Below, one piece after another: positions 1-12,335 of a stretch of 64,000 nucleotides of DNA. The position numbers and the translations under genes were made by a program. This DNA comes from Zygnema circumcarinatum SAG 698-1b (Eukaryota > Plantae > Zygnematophyceae): contig CM074818.1 of assembly GCA_037447605.1 (NCBI GenBank), positions 1,314,617 to 1,378,616 of the forward strand. Direction: 5' to 3'. The notes beneath the pieces were generated by a model. The model had not been told where the DNA came from. It ran no database searches and saw nothing but the letters and a program-made list of their open reading frames with translations. Each line of letters opens with the position of its first letter. Positions within the stretch are counted from its first letter, which is position 1.

Positions 1-463
1 TGACGACCTCATTACGAGTGCACGGCAAGAAAGAATGCTCGCGAGCGCAGCAGTAGTAGCAGCAGCAGCAGTAGCAGCAGGTCACCTTTGTAAGAATTGG
101 GCCAAGAGACGGCGAACTCCCAAGGGGCATCCGCATCCGTTTGACTTGCAACTTGGCCTGCAACAAAACCCTAGAACAACCAACGGCAATGGTTGGTAAC
201 TCCACCAACAAATGGTTGCTATCATGGGCAACCAACGGTTGCAGCGGCCGCAATGGTTGACTGGCTCTGCTAAGCCGATATTGCCGTTTGCGACCAGTTC
301 CTCGAGGTTCCCCATGCTGATTTTGTTCATGTACATTTTATGGCTTCGCCATCGTGAGATCAATGCCACTTCCATTGCCCCTAGGACATATACATACATA
401 CATACACAAAAAATGACCCAAGAGCCCCGCTCCCTCCTCGCGATGTGCCTCAAATCGGTGACC

Positions 464-630
464 TTCGCGGCTGCTTCTAGGGCTGCGTTGTTGTGCCTAG
501 GGGTAGTTTTCCGCTCTTAGTTTCGTTTCTTTGTGTTTAGGTCCTTTGCGACCTCGTGGTTCCACATTTTGCTCTTGTCCATGTACATTTGATGGCCTCG
601 CCATCGTGAGTTCAATGAATTTTTTCCCCT
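464..630 (+). repeat. Dispersed ~170-bp repeat family, copy 1
   Basis: Aligns colinearly with 51180-51351. Partial copy at 289-372, degenerate inverted copy at 1945-2095, fragment at 31971-31997. Confidence 0.85.
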
Positions 631-736
631 GTTTGGGTCCCAAGAGGCTGTTTATACGTACATACATAACATACCGTACATGTTACCAGTTTTCAGCCAC
701 ATGGAATGACCGTCGTCAGCCTCAAGCCTGTCCATG

Positions 737-1102
737 TATCCAACTGCCAGTTTGCCACATATCCCCAGTTTCCCGAAATCTCGCACACAGCTATCCAACG
801 GTCACATATCTCATGACTTTCCAGGTGGCTTATCCAACGGTCACTCGCCCGAAATCTTGCTCGCGACTATCCAACGGTCTGAAGCTCACTTTTGGACACT
901 TGGCGTATCCAACGGCCACTGTTTCGAAATCGCGTACGCGCTTATCCAACGGTCGAAATGAACGTGGCACATCCAACGGCCCTTTGTCAACGGCCATTTC
1001 CCCAAAATCTCGAAAGCTGTTTCCCAACGGTCCAGATCTGCGTACACGTCACACGTGACGTATCCAACGGCCACTGTCCCGAAACTTGCACCATCCAGCG
1101 GC
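737..1102 (+). repeat. Degenerate tandem array of TATCCAACGG(T/C)C cores (MSA-like), alternate cores preceded by a G-box-like motif
   Basis: Cores at 792, 831, 868, 906, 943, 970, 1021, 1061; degenerate cores at 737, 985, 1092. Spacing mostly 36-40 bp. Confidence 0.85.
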
Positions 1103-1157
1103 CTCACGTAGCCTGTTTCAATTGTCGCTACCATAAAAATCTCGTAGTGATTGTGCC

Positions 1158-1277
1158 GTTGGCCCAGTCTGGGAACCAGTGGTTGGCCCTGATTGGCAAC
1201 CAATAGTTGGCCCTGACTGGCAACCAATAGTTGGCCCTGACTGGCAACCAGTAGTTGGCCCTGACTGGCAACCAAAC
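1158..1277 (+). repeat. 24-bp minisatellite, 5 copies (GTTGGCCCTGACTGGCAACCAATA)
   Basis: Directly visible; explains the spurious VGPDWQPI-repeat ORF. Confidence 0.95.
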
Positions 1278-1754
1278 ATCGGCGTAGCAGAGCCAGTCGA
1301 CCATTGTCAATGGTTGCCGCCTCTGCAACCGTTGATTGCCAATGTTTGCCGCCTCTGCAACCGCTGATTGCCAATGGTTGCAACCATTGGTTTGTGGACT
1401 TAGCAACCATTGCCGTTGGTTGAAGCTATTTGCTTGGAAATGGTTGCGAACCATTGGCAAACAGCGGTTAGCCATCCGTTGCAAATCCAATGGTTTGTGT
1501 GCAGCAAAGCATACACTATGTTCCTAGTACGTGAGGTAATTTATGCAGACGTTTTGACATCACTCGTTTATATGCAATTTTGGCCCCATGTTCGATCCGG
1601 ACACCCCATGTTACAGTCAGCCAGTCTAGCTATGAAGGTGGCTTGGCGTGACATGCGTGTCACGTGACGCGGTGAGTCGTCATAAACTACTGCAATAGCA
1701 AACTCCACTCGCACCGCACTTGAAAAAAAACTCCAAGACTTTGCACATCAATGA

Positions 1755-1904
1755 TCCATCCATCCATGCATCCACCCCTCCATCCCTCCAACCATCCATG
1801 CATCCATCCCTCCATCCATCCATGCATCCATCCATCCATCCCTCCATCCATTCATGCATCCATCCATGCATCCATCCCTCCATCTTCCATCCATGCATAC
1901 ATCC
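1755..1904 (+). repeat. Degenerate (CCAT)n microsatellite
   Basis: Directly visible CCAT/CCCT/GCAT run. Confidence 0.95.
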
Positions 1905-2419
1905 ACGCCCTTTCTACGCTCAAGGTTACTGCGGGTTCGTAGATTGGCATTGATCTCACGATGGGAAGCGGATCAAACATACATAAAAAGGGGCAATAGA
2001 GACAACGATGTGAAGAGGTAACACATGACCAACAGACGCAACAAATGCTACGAAGAGAACACCTTGGCTCCTTGGCTTCAAATTACAGCCCCTGTACAGT
2101 ATTATACAAGGAATAGCACGAGACGGCAAAGAAAAATGTGTTTACTGTAGGAGGGGAATCGAGAAAAAATGAAATCTACGAGGGAAAAAAAATCAATTAA
2201 GAATAGTCTTTGAAATCGTCGTGGGACCATGCCATGGAACTGTGCTAAACAATTGCGGGACTGGGAAGACTCAGTGGCAGTACATGAACTCGTTTGCTTG
2301 CTTGGACCCAATCACTCGCTGTGATATTCAGCAATACAGAAATTGGCCAATCAACTATCCGCATTACACTCCTCCAGACGAAAAAACCTTGTCAGTAATC
2401 GACATTCTGCTTTCTAATT

Positions 2420-4672
2420 CTATGACCCAAACCAATTTTCAAACATCCCGGCAAACCGGTTAGTGGTCGATGCCAACGGTTGTATGCGTAAAGGAGCGAT
2501 TTCTTTGTCAGCCGGTTTCGCCAATCGATTCTGAGAAGACCCCAAACTTGGCCCTGAAGCTCCAGGCCCTGCATTGCTGACGATTGGTCCGGCCGCAAAC
2601 ACGGGCCCAGCAGCATATGGAGAGGTATGGTTGCCTGTGCTGGCCTCCAATTCCAATGGGTCCATAGGTCTGACTGCTATCATAAGGTTGGAATTGATGC
2701 GCATTCTATCCTTGGTCAGTGCTCTCCGTGCGTTATAGGGACACTGCACAGTTCCAAGAAGATGCATCAGGCATGTTCGCAACAAAAGGGGCATCTCATC
2801 CCTTCAAGGCGAGAGAGTCTGTTCATACTTCAACCTTCATTTATCCTATGCGGGCACCGAAGAGGGAATCTGAGATATGGTTCCAGACAACTACTGTAAA
2901 AGCACAGACAACTCGAGAGCCTTACTCAGAATTATTGGGGCATCACAAGTATCCGAAATAAACAATAACAGGAGAATGGCAGGAGCGTACCGCACCTTAT
3001 ATCGAATGTGCACCCAATTTGCTGAACCAGGACCATTGATTTGATCATCTATTTGTCCACACTTCTCAAATTCACGCAAAATTTCATTCGTCAATTCTCC
3101 AAACCTGCACCATGTGCTCAGGAAAAAATCAATTCCCCAAACAAAACGAGCCTAAAGGATACACAGGCCTCTTCACGAAACACTTACTTTCCACTGAAAA
3201 CAGAACTATTGTGGAAAAAAGGAGCACGCTCACCCAACAAAGAAACAACAAACACAAACGCTCTGACGCTCTGACGCTCTCAAATTTCTACCATAAAGTT
3301 ATAAAGCTCAGTTTGTCACTATACCCATATACGGTCACCCAATAATCAGCAGGAGTTATGTCTGCCTTCGATAGTTGTGGTTTCGGCTCGACTACGTCCG
3401 TACGATGTGCAGCGGAAAGCAAAGTGCCTGGCTCAGAAATGACTCCAGCGACTGGAGGTGAGAAGCCATCGTTTGAAAGCTGACTGGGCGGGCTTGGAAT
3501 TGGGGTCGCTTTATATGTTAGGAGCCCAGTAGTCCCATTTTTTTGCGGAGGAGGAGGCCAGTCGAGTCGGTCTTGCTGTCCATACGGGTACCCGGAACCA
3601 GAGGCCCCTCTGAAGGAGAACTTTCCTGATTCACCATTATGCATCCTCTCAGAAGAATCGCTGACCGGCTGGTACGGGGTACGGCTTTCTCTAGGTTGAT
3701 CCCTTAAGTCATCCAAAGTAGTCAATGGTGGAATAGGAGGGCCAGTCTTTCCCATCCTGTTCCCTCCCCACAACGCCGCTCCAGTTGCTACTGAGGCTTG
3801 TCCTGGACTGGCAATTAACTGAGGGTTCTGAGCAGCTGCCATGCTCGACATGTTACGTTGAAGAAGGGTCTGCGGTGGTGAATGTGATGGACCTCTAGCT
3901 TCGGCACTAAAACCGTATCTATCGTTATATCTTGCACGGCCTGCGTCCACAGCATACGGGAAAGAATTGGTTAATAATTGACTTATACCCCTAAAGATTA
4001 GGTCAGAAAACGTGAATTCTTCTGCAATGAATAGTCCCTCCAGCTCTCTGAGGAAACTCGAGGTCTTGTAGCTTCAAAAAAAGTCGGAAATATTTCAGCC
4101 CGCAAAGATCCTAACGGTATGGCGTCAACTTATGCAGAGGTTTTGCAGAGTTAGTCATGACAGAAGAAATGGGTCATAGGTCTGAAACAGTCGAGAACAA
4201 TCCAAAAAATGTGACGAAAAAAAAATAGATAAGCAAAAAGGGTACTATTGAAAGCAGTTCTGCACGTGGAACTCAGCAACGATTTGCCGTCTCCGGTCTT
4301 TCTTCACTTCCAGCTTCAGGTTTGAACTTTCTCGCAGGAAAACACCGGAGCCTCCAAGGAAACATTACCAAAAAACAACATAAAATCATGCGGTTCAGGT
4401 AGTTTCCACCACAAGAATCGACCTGGATCCTCTTAAAGGAAACTTGCTGTTCTACAGAATCAAGCCACGGACAGACAGATACCTCCAAGCCAATCGCCGG
4501 AAGGGCTGGCACCCGAATTTGGAGTATTTGGCCCAAAAAAAGGCCCATCTCTGGGCTCATCATCGCCATAGCCCCGGAATGTAGAGCCTTGACCTCCGCC
4601 GCTGCCAAAAACTCCGCCTCTGTCAACTATAGGAGGCGAATCGCTGCTCGGAAAGAACACTGATCCTGCCAT
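2420..4672 (-). CDS. NUP35: Nuclear pore protein NUP35/NUP53 (RRM-like domain), 4 exons: 4672-4483, 3940-3325, 3104-2996, 2743-2420
   Basis: Spliced translation gives WVTVYGFGELTNEILREFEKCG...ANWVHIRY...ALTKDRMRINSNLMIAVRPMDP, matching plant NUP35. Ends in an amphipathic FENWFGS tail. GT-AG introns with consistent phases. Confidence 0.9.
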
Positions 4673-5029
4673 CTTCCGAACGGGCAAGGAGCTCTGTCAA
4701 TCAAACAGCCCTCACTACTGTACTACGTCCAGCTTGCTGAAGCAATGCAATGAGCCGGCGTACAATCGACGGAGTTAGAAGACGGAGAATCAAAGTAGAA
4801 GTCTGTCTCGCCGCCGCTTCTCACAGGGGCTGCACTCCTGCAGGCTTCCCTCTCCCCTCCAGCAGTCGACCCGCTTCGGAGCCGTTGCCTGAAATTTGCC
4901 TGCCCATTTCAAACCCGTCCTGTTACCGTGTTGTGCAGACGGGCGCGGGAGCAAGGGGCAAGGGAGCCCTAATTTGTATAAACTTCTCGAAGAAACACAG
5001 GTCGGACCATCAGGCCAAACATTCGACTG

Positions 5030-5165
5030 GTCGCCAACCATTGGCACCGGATCGAAACAACCATTCGAATGGTTCGGAACCAGTGGATGCCAATGGTTGG
5101 CAACCATTAGACGTCCAACCATTGCCAACCAATGGTAGCCGATCCAATGGTCCGACCTGTGCAAA
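5030..5165. repeat. CAACCATTG/CAATGGTTG repeat-family patch in the NUP35/SART3 divergent promoter
   Basis: Multiple CAACCATT and CAATGGTT units in both orientations. Confidence 0.75.
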
Positions 5166-5316
5166 GAAGCTTGAAAACGATCGCCAATTGTCTTTTTTTT
5201 CCTTTTTAAGGCCCATTAAAACCTCCTAGGGACAATAAGAGGCGAAGGACTCACGTTTCCTTCCAGTTTCTCCTTTTGAAAGAAGAGGTGGGGCAGCTCT
5301 GAGGGCGGAGCACGCC

Positions 5317-8300
5317 ATGGAGGAGATAGAGCAGAGGGAAGCAGACATGGCTGAGCGCGACGAAGGAACGGGCGAGGTCAGTGAAGAGGAAGGCGCAGGT
5401 GAGCTGGGAGTGGAGGGCACGCATCTGGAAGGCGATGATGGTGTGGTAGATAGAGACCGGGATGGAGATGAAGATGAAGACGAGGATGACGACGATGAGG
5501 AGGATGATGATGATGATGATGGAGATGAAGAGAGGGACGACAGCGAGTTGAAGGCGCTTGAGGAGCAACTGGCAGCGTTCAGCGCAAATTACCAAGTGCA
5601 TGTCGAGGTATGGTTTGAATTCCCAGCTTCCAAACCTGTGAGTGTTTGATTGTTGTTTGCGTGGCGCGCAGACATATTTTTAAGGATGGAGTTGTTTCTG
5701 CTAGCCATTACGTCCCTTAAATGTCAGGTTGTTTGTGCAAGGTGAAAAACGGGCATAGGCCAAAAGGAATAAATGGAGAATAGAGGGCAGTTATGCACGC
5801 AAAATATCTTGCACAAGAGACGATGGTGGGTACAGGAGCTGAGCAGTCCTGCCGGTTTCATCTGTGCATCTCCTGTTGGCGTGGAGCCTTTGTGTGCGTA
5901 ATTAACAGTAAGGGATGACGTGAAAAAGGAATACGTCGTTCAAGGCATCACTGTGGTGGGCATTTTGGCAGTACATAAAGTTGTTGCGGAAGAAGGGAGA
6001 GTTGGAGAAGTTGCGGAAGGCACGCGAGGCCATGAGCGCTCTCTTTCCTCTCACTTCAACAATGTGGCTCGAATGGACTCAGGACGAGACACGTCTCCTT
6101 ACTGAGTAAGTGATCCTTGTGGAGGAATTATGGAACCTATGGCGGCATGACAATGCTGCTGTTTCCACTGAAAATTTGGAATCGTCAATTTGGAAATGTG
6201 CGAATTAATTGAGATTGATATGGATTGCAATTTATGGAGAGCGTCGTCCTGGCGAGATGAGAAATGAAAAAAACATGCTGACTAGCCTTAAAACTACGTA
6301 GTGCGTTGGACCAAGAGCAAAGTGGAGAACTACTACGGGCGTAGGAAGAAAACTGCATATTTTAGACAAAAGAGTTCGAAACAAATGGAATGCAATAACT
6401 CTCCGGTAAAAAATAGCAAATTCTAAGATATATCGACGACCTTTTTTTTCCTGGTATCGAAGCATACAGACGAGCATGTGGCCAACATGGACGTAATGAG
6501 GGGTGTAGAGGCTTGTGGGAGCAGCTCATCCTCGACAGAGGCAATTGCAGATGTTGAGGCATTGTACGAGCGATCAGTCAAGGACTACTTGGTGAGTTTC
6601 AGATTTAGACTCCTTTCTCACGACTGGCAATGCGGAGAGACGGCAGGTATCTCTGCTTTTTTTCTGAGTTAGTCATCTCTGGCGACCATTATCTTTAAGT
6701 GTAGTGCATGAGTGACAACTGCATAGTTACCCACAGACTGCTATCCGTCTGTCTTCTGTCTCACTGTGAGAGTGCATCCTGTATCATACTATTTGAATGT
6801 GCTTTTGATTATATCTGTAGCATCAAAGAACACCTCCTTATACAATAAGGACATGAAGAAAATTATAGGCCTGGAATGTGGGGCACTCTCTCATTTGCTA
6901 TTGCCCGACGGTGTGCAGTCTGTCAAACTTTGGTTGGCGTATATTGAGTTTCTGGAGGAGTATGACCCTAGCATTGGGGAAATGACGCCTGATGGCCTTA
7001 CCAAGATCCGAAACGTGTTTGAACGAGCTCTCTCAGCTGGAGGCTTACACTTGTCTGAGGGGCGCAAGTTATGGATATCATATCGTGAATTGGAGATTGC
7101 CGTTCTCACCACTATGAAAGGTGGAGGTGCCTCTGAAGAGGTGAATCAAGACACGAAGATGGGCATCAGAACTTGACTTAGGGTCCATCTTTCAGATTTG
7201 CTGCCATACCATCAGGTTTGCGCTACTGAAGCTTAGCTGGCTTTTCATAGCATTCGTTCACCTTGTGCTATTAGGGAGGAATGCAGGAGAAAACAAAACA
7301 AGTGGAGCGGATACGCAGTCTGTTCAGGCGACAGCTCAGCATTCCTCTTCAAGGGCATGAAGAAACCTTACAAGAGTTTCGAGATTGGGAACATAAAGAG
7401 ACAGATTCTGACCTTCCGGGGAGTTTGGCAGCTGAAATCAAGAAGGCTGTATCCATGTATGAAGCACGTATTGCGCATGAAGCTGCAGTGGCTCCTGATA
7501 AGCCGGTGGATGATGTACTACTCAACAGTTATCTGGTATTGTCGGCTTTTTCAATTTCCATTCAGCATGCCAACTTTGCAACATCAAACTCTGTATGAAC
7601 ATGTTTTGTATGCTTAGAAATTTGGGATTGCTCCTGTCTAGAGCTGCTTGACTTCCAAGTGAATGTCATGTCTGAAGGTTCGTTATGGATGTTGCACTTT
7701 TAGGCCTGTCAACGGCTTTGGTTTTGCTTTACAATTGTATTGTTGCTGCTTTATTGGTCCTGAGGACGACTTTTAAGTAGCTTCATAAAAGTGACACTAG
7801 TTTCTTCTTGGATATCCTGGTTCTTAGAAATATGTAGAGCTGGAGGAGGCTTCAAAAGAGCCCGCCAGAGCGCAAGTTCTATACGAGCGCACAGTGACAA
7901 TGTTTCCTGTTCACTTCACGGTTTGGCTCAAGTATATGGACTTTTTGGACGCGCATCTCAAGGTTGACTCAGCCTTCCCTGCTTTCACATCCTCACTTTG
8001 AACCATGCGTTTTCGGGGTTGTTTCAAACGTTGGTTGAACGCCGTGGGCCCTGTTGAGGATTATGTTCGTCAAGCTGGCAACTAGCCAGCTATCAGCGAA
8101 TTCTCTTCCTCGTAGCTGCTGTGTTTTTTATTATATTAGAGTTTAAGCCTTGTTTCAGCTGTCTGTGAAGGGGTTGCTTGTTGCAGTTGTGCTGATATGG
8201 ATGTGGGCTGCCTGTTGTTTTTGCTTTGCAGGTGCCTGTGGTTATCCGGAATGTCTATGCTCGGGCAGTTCGCAACTGCCCTTGGTTGGGCTCATTCTGG

Positions 8301-11300
8301 ACTAGATACCTGCTAGCTTTGGAGCGTTCAAATGCAGCAGAGAAGGAAGTTTCGGAGGTGGTTCACAGTACACAAGGAGCGGCTCTGTTACATTTTCGTC
8401 CTGCAGACGTTGTTTCAAAATCTACCTTGCTTGCAGGAGAGAGAATGAAAAGTCAGAGTTCCAGACGGACCTCTGTTGGGGATATCATAGTGTAGAAGGA
8501 TTGCCATATTCTCCACTGCGATCCGAAGCTGCGTTTTGCTTGTGGTGGATGCAGGTTTTTGAGCAGGCGTTACAGGCAGGCATTCAGACAGCGGACGAGG
8601 TGAGCTGCAACATAGCATATTGTTGTTTCTAAGCTTTATGTCGCTACTCATGCCTGGGGATTGTTGACTACCGTAGTAGAGCAAGAAGTCTGTCGACTTG
8701 TAGGACCTGTCTTAATAGTGAAGCCATTGCAAGAACTTGCCACAAAACGTGAACTTGGACTGGAAATAGGAGTATACATGATAATTTACTTTTCAAGAGA
8801 CTCGATGAAAGGTTTGTTTAATTCCCTACTGCTGATGCAGCCTGTTGGGGCTGTGCAGCTATCTGTGACCTTCGTTTGTGTCCTTGATACAAGTAGTAAT
8901 TAAGAAATTGAATCTTTTAACACATGTGATGGGCTGTTACGTGTCAGTACCTCTCAGTATGTTTGACCCGCATCGATGGCCTTCGCCGACGCATCACCGA
9001 AATTGAAGGAGTTGCAGACACAAATCTTTCTTCTCTCTTGCGCAAGACATTCGAGGTTAGTTATCAAACTATGCTGTTGTTTTACTTCTCGTCCGGAACC
9101 CCGAGAAGAAAGGAAAGGAAAGATCTCCTTTTCCTCTTTGCAACAGAACATGCTCTAGCCTGTAATACTTCATTCTGCCACCAAATTTCTTCCGCAGTCT
9201 TGCGGCAAAGTGGGCACATTCAGTGCTAATTTTAACGCTCTTTCCTCCAGCTACGCCTGTTTTGCAGCGCACCGCTGAGCTTCTGATCTCATACTTCCCC
9301 GACTACTGCGATAGATCTTTGCAGCTGCATGCGTACTGGGCTGACGTGGAAGCCAAGCTGATGAAAGACATAGCGGCTGCTCGAGGGGTTTGGGAAGGTC
9401 TTCTGAAGAGCAAGTGGGACCTCACAGCTATACCATTTTTTTTTTTTTTTTTTAAACTGAGTTTTTGTTGTCAGTGGCGCTTCGATGTGACCAATAATGG
9501 GAGCCTTGGGTCATTTTATGTCAAGTAAAGGACCCACCATTAGTGCCCTTACTTGGTAAAGTAAAAAATGGACAGGTTATAGCACGCAGGCTTTTCAGGC
9601 AGTTGTGTTGAACTGTGTGGTGAACAGTGTGAACAGAAGCTACTGCTGCAGGCTTACAAGGCTCAATTTAGCATCTAAGTGACCACAATGCACCTTCCTT
9701 CACCTTCCATCCTCGCACTAGAAAAAGAATCCTGCAAGAACTCAAGCAGCAGGGAACGGTGGGAGGAGTGTGCAGAGGATGGCTGGTTGAAGCTTGGCAA
9801 GGCTATGTTCAGATGGAGCTTGGTCTGGGTGACGTGGCAGCAGCTCGTGCCGTTTATAAACGCTGCTACAGCCGCCGTTTTGAAGGCTCCGGCACACAGG
9901 TAGGGAATGGTCAAGGAATGAAGTTTTTGGTGTTCAGAAGAGAGTATTGGTCCATTAAAGAATAGAAGAGACCACGGGTGTTGTGGTTGTCCGATAGTAA
10001 TCACTTTTACTTCAGACTTGCAATGCTTATTCTTCATGCTAGCATTTTGAAAGCTTGTTAACGGACAAAGAATGGTGCGCAGATCATCTGTGAAGCATGG
10101 AAGCGGTTTGAACGAGAGCATGGTACATTGAAAGACTATGACCAAGCAGTGGCTAAGGTATTGTGTCTAATTCTCTACCACTTCAATCCTTTTTGTGCCG
10201 TTCCTGGAGGTTGTCTAATATATCATCTCTGCCGCACTCATAGTGGTAGAGAAGGCCTGCGAACTGTTCTAGAAATTCATTTTCTAAGAATACAGACTGT
10301 TGAAGGAGACTCGTATTCTGAGTTCTTGTACTCTTTATCGGCTGTGCTAGGTGAACCCTCGTATATCTGAAGTCATGACTTTTGAGCTGAAGCAGGCAGA
10401 GCAGTTGGCAGCTGCCGAAGCTCAATCTAGAGGCCCTCCGGCAGCAAACAGGGGAGGTACTGTTTCTGAGAGCAAACGGAAAAGGGGTTTAGGCTATGAG
10501 GAGCAAAAAGGGAAGGCAAGCAAAGCAAAACGGGCGAAGGGCACAGAAGTAAGGCCGAAGAAGGAGGTCGGAAGGCAGGAAAGGGGAAGTGGCAAAGAGA
10601 AGCAGAAGCAGCAAAAGACAGTAGTTGAGGAGGGCAATGGAAAGGCTGCTTCTGATGTGAAGACAGAACAAGCTGAAGGAGAACAAGTGGAGGAAGAGTT
10701 AGGAAGGGAAGAGCGACAAGAAGATGAGCGCAAACCAGTGGTGTACAAGGACGAATGTACAGCATTTGTTTCTAGCCTGCCGTTTGATGTGAGCTCTAAA
10801 ATGCCCTTGTTTTCCAATGCTGGATTAACTTTGGGAAGAAAAAGCATTTGCAGGGAAGAAGCAGTAATGAAGGGCAGCTTAGCGTTTAGTATGGCGGTGT
10901 TGGAAGTTCATTTTTACGCAAGCTGGACAATTCTATTCTGCATAGTTTTTCTAACGTCCATCACTCAGTTCGAGGACATCTACCCTTTCATAGGCTTGAC
11001 AAGGTATAACATTCAGTACTGAGTTCTCAGAACCGGCAGCTCACGTTCCACGTTAGGGGGCTGGTTTTGGACTTGGACCTGTGCAGATTAGCAAGGAGGA
11101 AGTGGAGGGCCTATTTCGGAGTTGTGGAGATCTGCGAGAAGTCCGCCTTGTCAAGGACCGGAGGAGCAATCTGTTTAAGGTGAAAAACAAAATTTAAGGT
11201 GGATTTCTTTTTTTCTCGGGTCGAATTGGAAATGGATGGGTTATTAAACCAAGTGATGTACGGTCATATGGGCGTGTGGGGGTGCCAGGGAATTGCATAT

Positions 11301-12335
11301 GTGGAGTTTGGTAGTGAGCAAGGCTTGGAGGCAGCCATGGCGAAAAACAAGGAACGAATTCACGGCAGACCGATCAGCGTTCAAAGGTCTGACCCGAAAA
11401 TTGGGGGCAACCGACGACCAGGAGCAGCAAGCGGCGGAGGTAGTCTCTCGCACGTGACTCACTTTGGGTTTTCAGTGACGAAGGACAATAAAAAAAATGT
11501 TGAAAGTGACACGCGAATCTATTGTTCTACCCCTCGGTGGGATCCTTGACTTGCCGTTCATTCAGTTGGGGTGTCGATTTTCGTTTGCTGTTTTTTATCT
11601 TTTTGCTCAGTCTTTACCTTCATTATGTTGGTCCATTGGCTTAGTTGGAACGTCCCTGCCCTCCTCAGCTCCTTGGGGTTAACTTCTTTGCAGCCATGAT
11701 AGGATTCAACAAATATGTAATTTCACTAAAGATGTCCTGGAGTCATCCATTCGATTTTCTCCTATTACCTCTTCCAGCACTATGTTTCCATCTTTCTAGA
11801 CTTTAACTCACTCTATAATCTTCGTGCTAGTTTTTTCATCTGGATGCAATGTTTCTTCGATTGATTTCTCAGTCCCACTTGGCAGTCTTACAATGCCTTC
11901 CTTCACTGCCAACCCGCTGTCTTTGCACCGGCAGCACAATTTACGTGTACTATGCTCTGATCTCTGTGGGTTTTGCAAATGTTTGGTCTCAACGTCTCAC
12001 CTTAATGCGAGCAATATCTGGGCCGGCTTGCAGGTCGAGGAGGCTTTAGTGGACGTGGACAAGGGAGGGGTGACTCGGGCAGGCCCGTTGAAGGCAGAGG
12101 AGGAGGTAGTTCTGCAGGTCCGTATGCTTTACAGAGGAAGGGAGGTGCTGGGGGGCAGGTGGGAGGGAGCAATTCCTTTGCCATGATGCCAAGGAACATT
12201 GCCCGGACTGCGCTTGGAAGCACTGCTGGAAGAGGCGGGAGAGGAGCCTCTTGGAGAAGCGCTGCGGAGAATGGAGCAGAGCCGCAGCCTCTGCAGTCGA
12301 ATGATGCCTTTCGAAACGAGCTTCTAAAAAAGTGA
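5317..12335 (+). CDS. SART3: SART3/Prp24 U4/U6 recycling factor (acidic N-terminus, HAT repeats, RRM, LSm-binding tail), multi-exon
   Basis: Exons encode YIKLLRKKGELEKLRKAREAM, YARAVRNCPW, ARGVWE and RRM motifs TAFVSSLPF/GIAYVEF. C-terminal SNDAFRNELLKK resembles the Prp24/SART3 SNDDFR motif. Stop TGA 12333-12335. Confidence 0.92.

Larger units (their letters stand above)
170..1503. mobile_element. Putative foldback-like element remnant with arms built of CAACCATTG/CAATGGTTG units
   Basis: 227-279 is an imperfect inverted copy of 1278-1340 (e.g. ATCGGCkTAGCAGAGCCAGTCrACCATTG). Both arms are rich in CAATGGTTG/CAACCATTG. True termini and TSD not found. Confidence 0.45.

Noticed and set aside
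737-1102. CRISPR array
   Set aside because: Core is only 10-12 bp, spacers resemble each other in alternation, no cas genes, and the context is a eukaryotic nucleus.
1504-1530. Helitron 3' end (CTAG|T)
   Set aside because: The preceding hairpin is weak and AT-rich, and is not shared by other family patches.
1588-1612. tRNA or Pol III B-box (GTTCGATCC)
   Set aside because: No cloverleaf and no A-box at suitable distance.
886-1953. Repetitive ORFs (LLVASQGQ, VGPDWQP, HPSI repeats)
   Set aside because: Translations of the 24-bp minisatellite and the (CCAT)n tract.
9405-9420. GC-AG intron in SART3 (GCAAGT)
   Set aside because: The adjacent GT donor gives the correct phase (LLKSKGWL).
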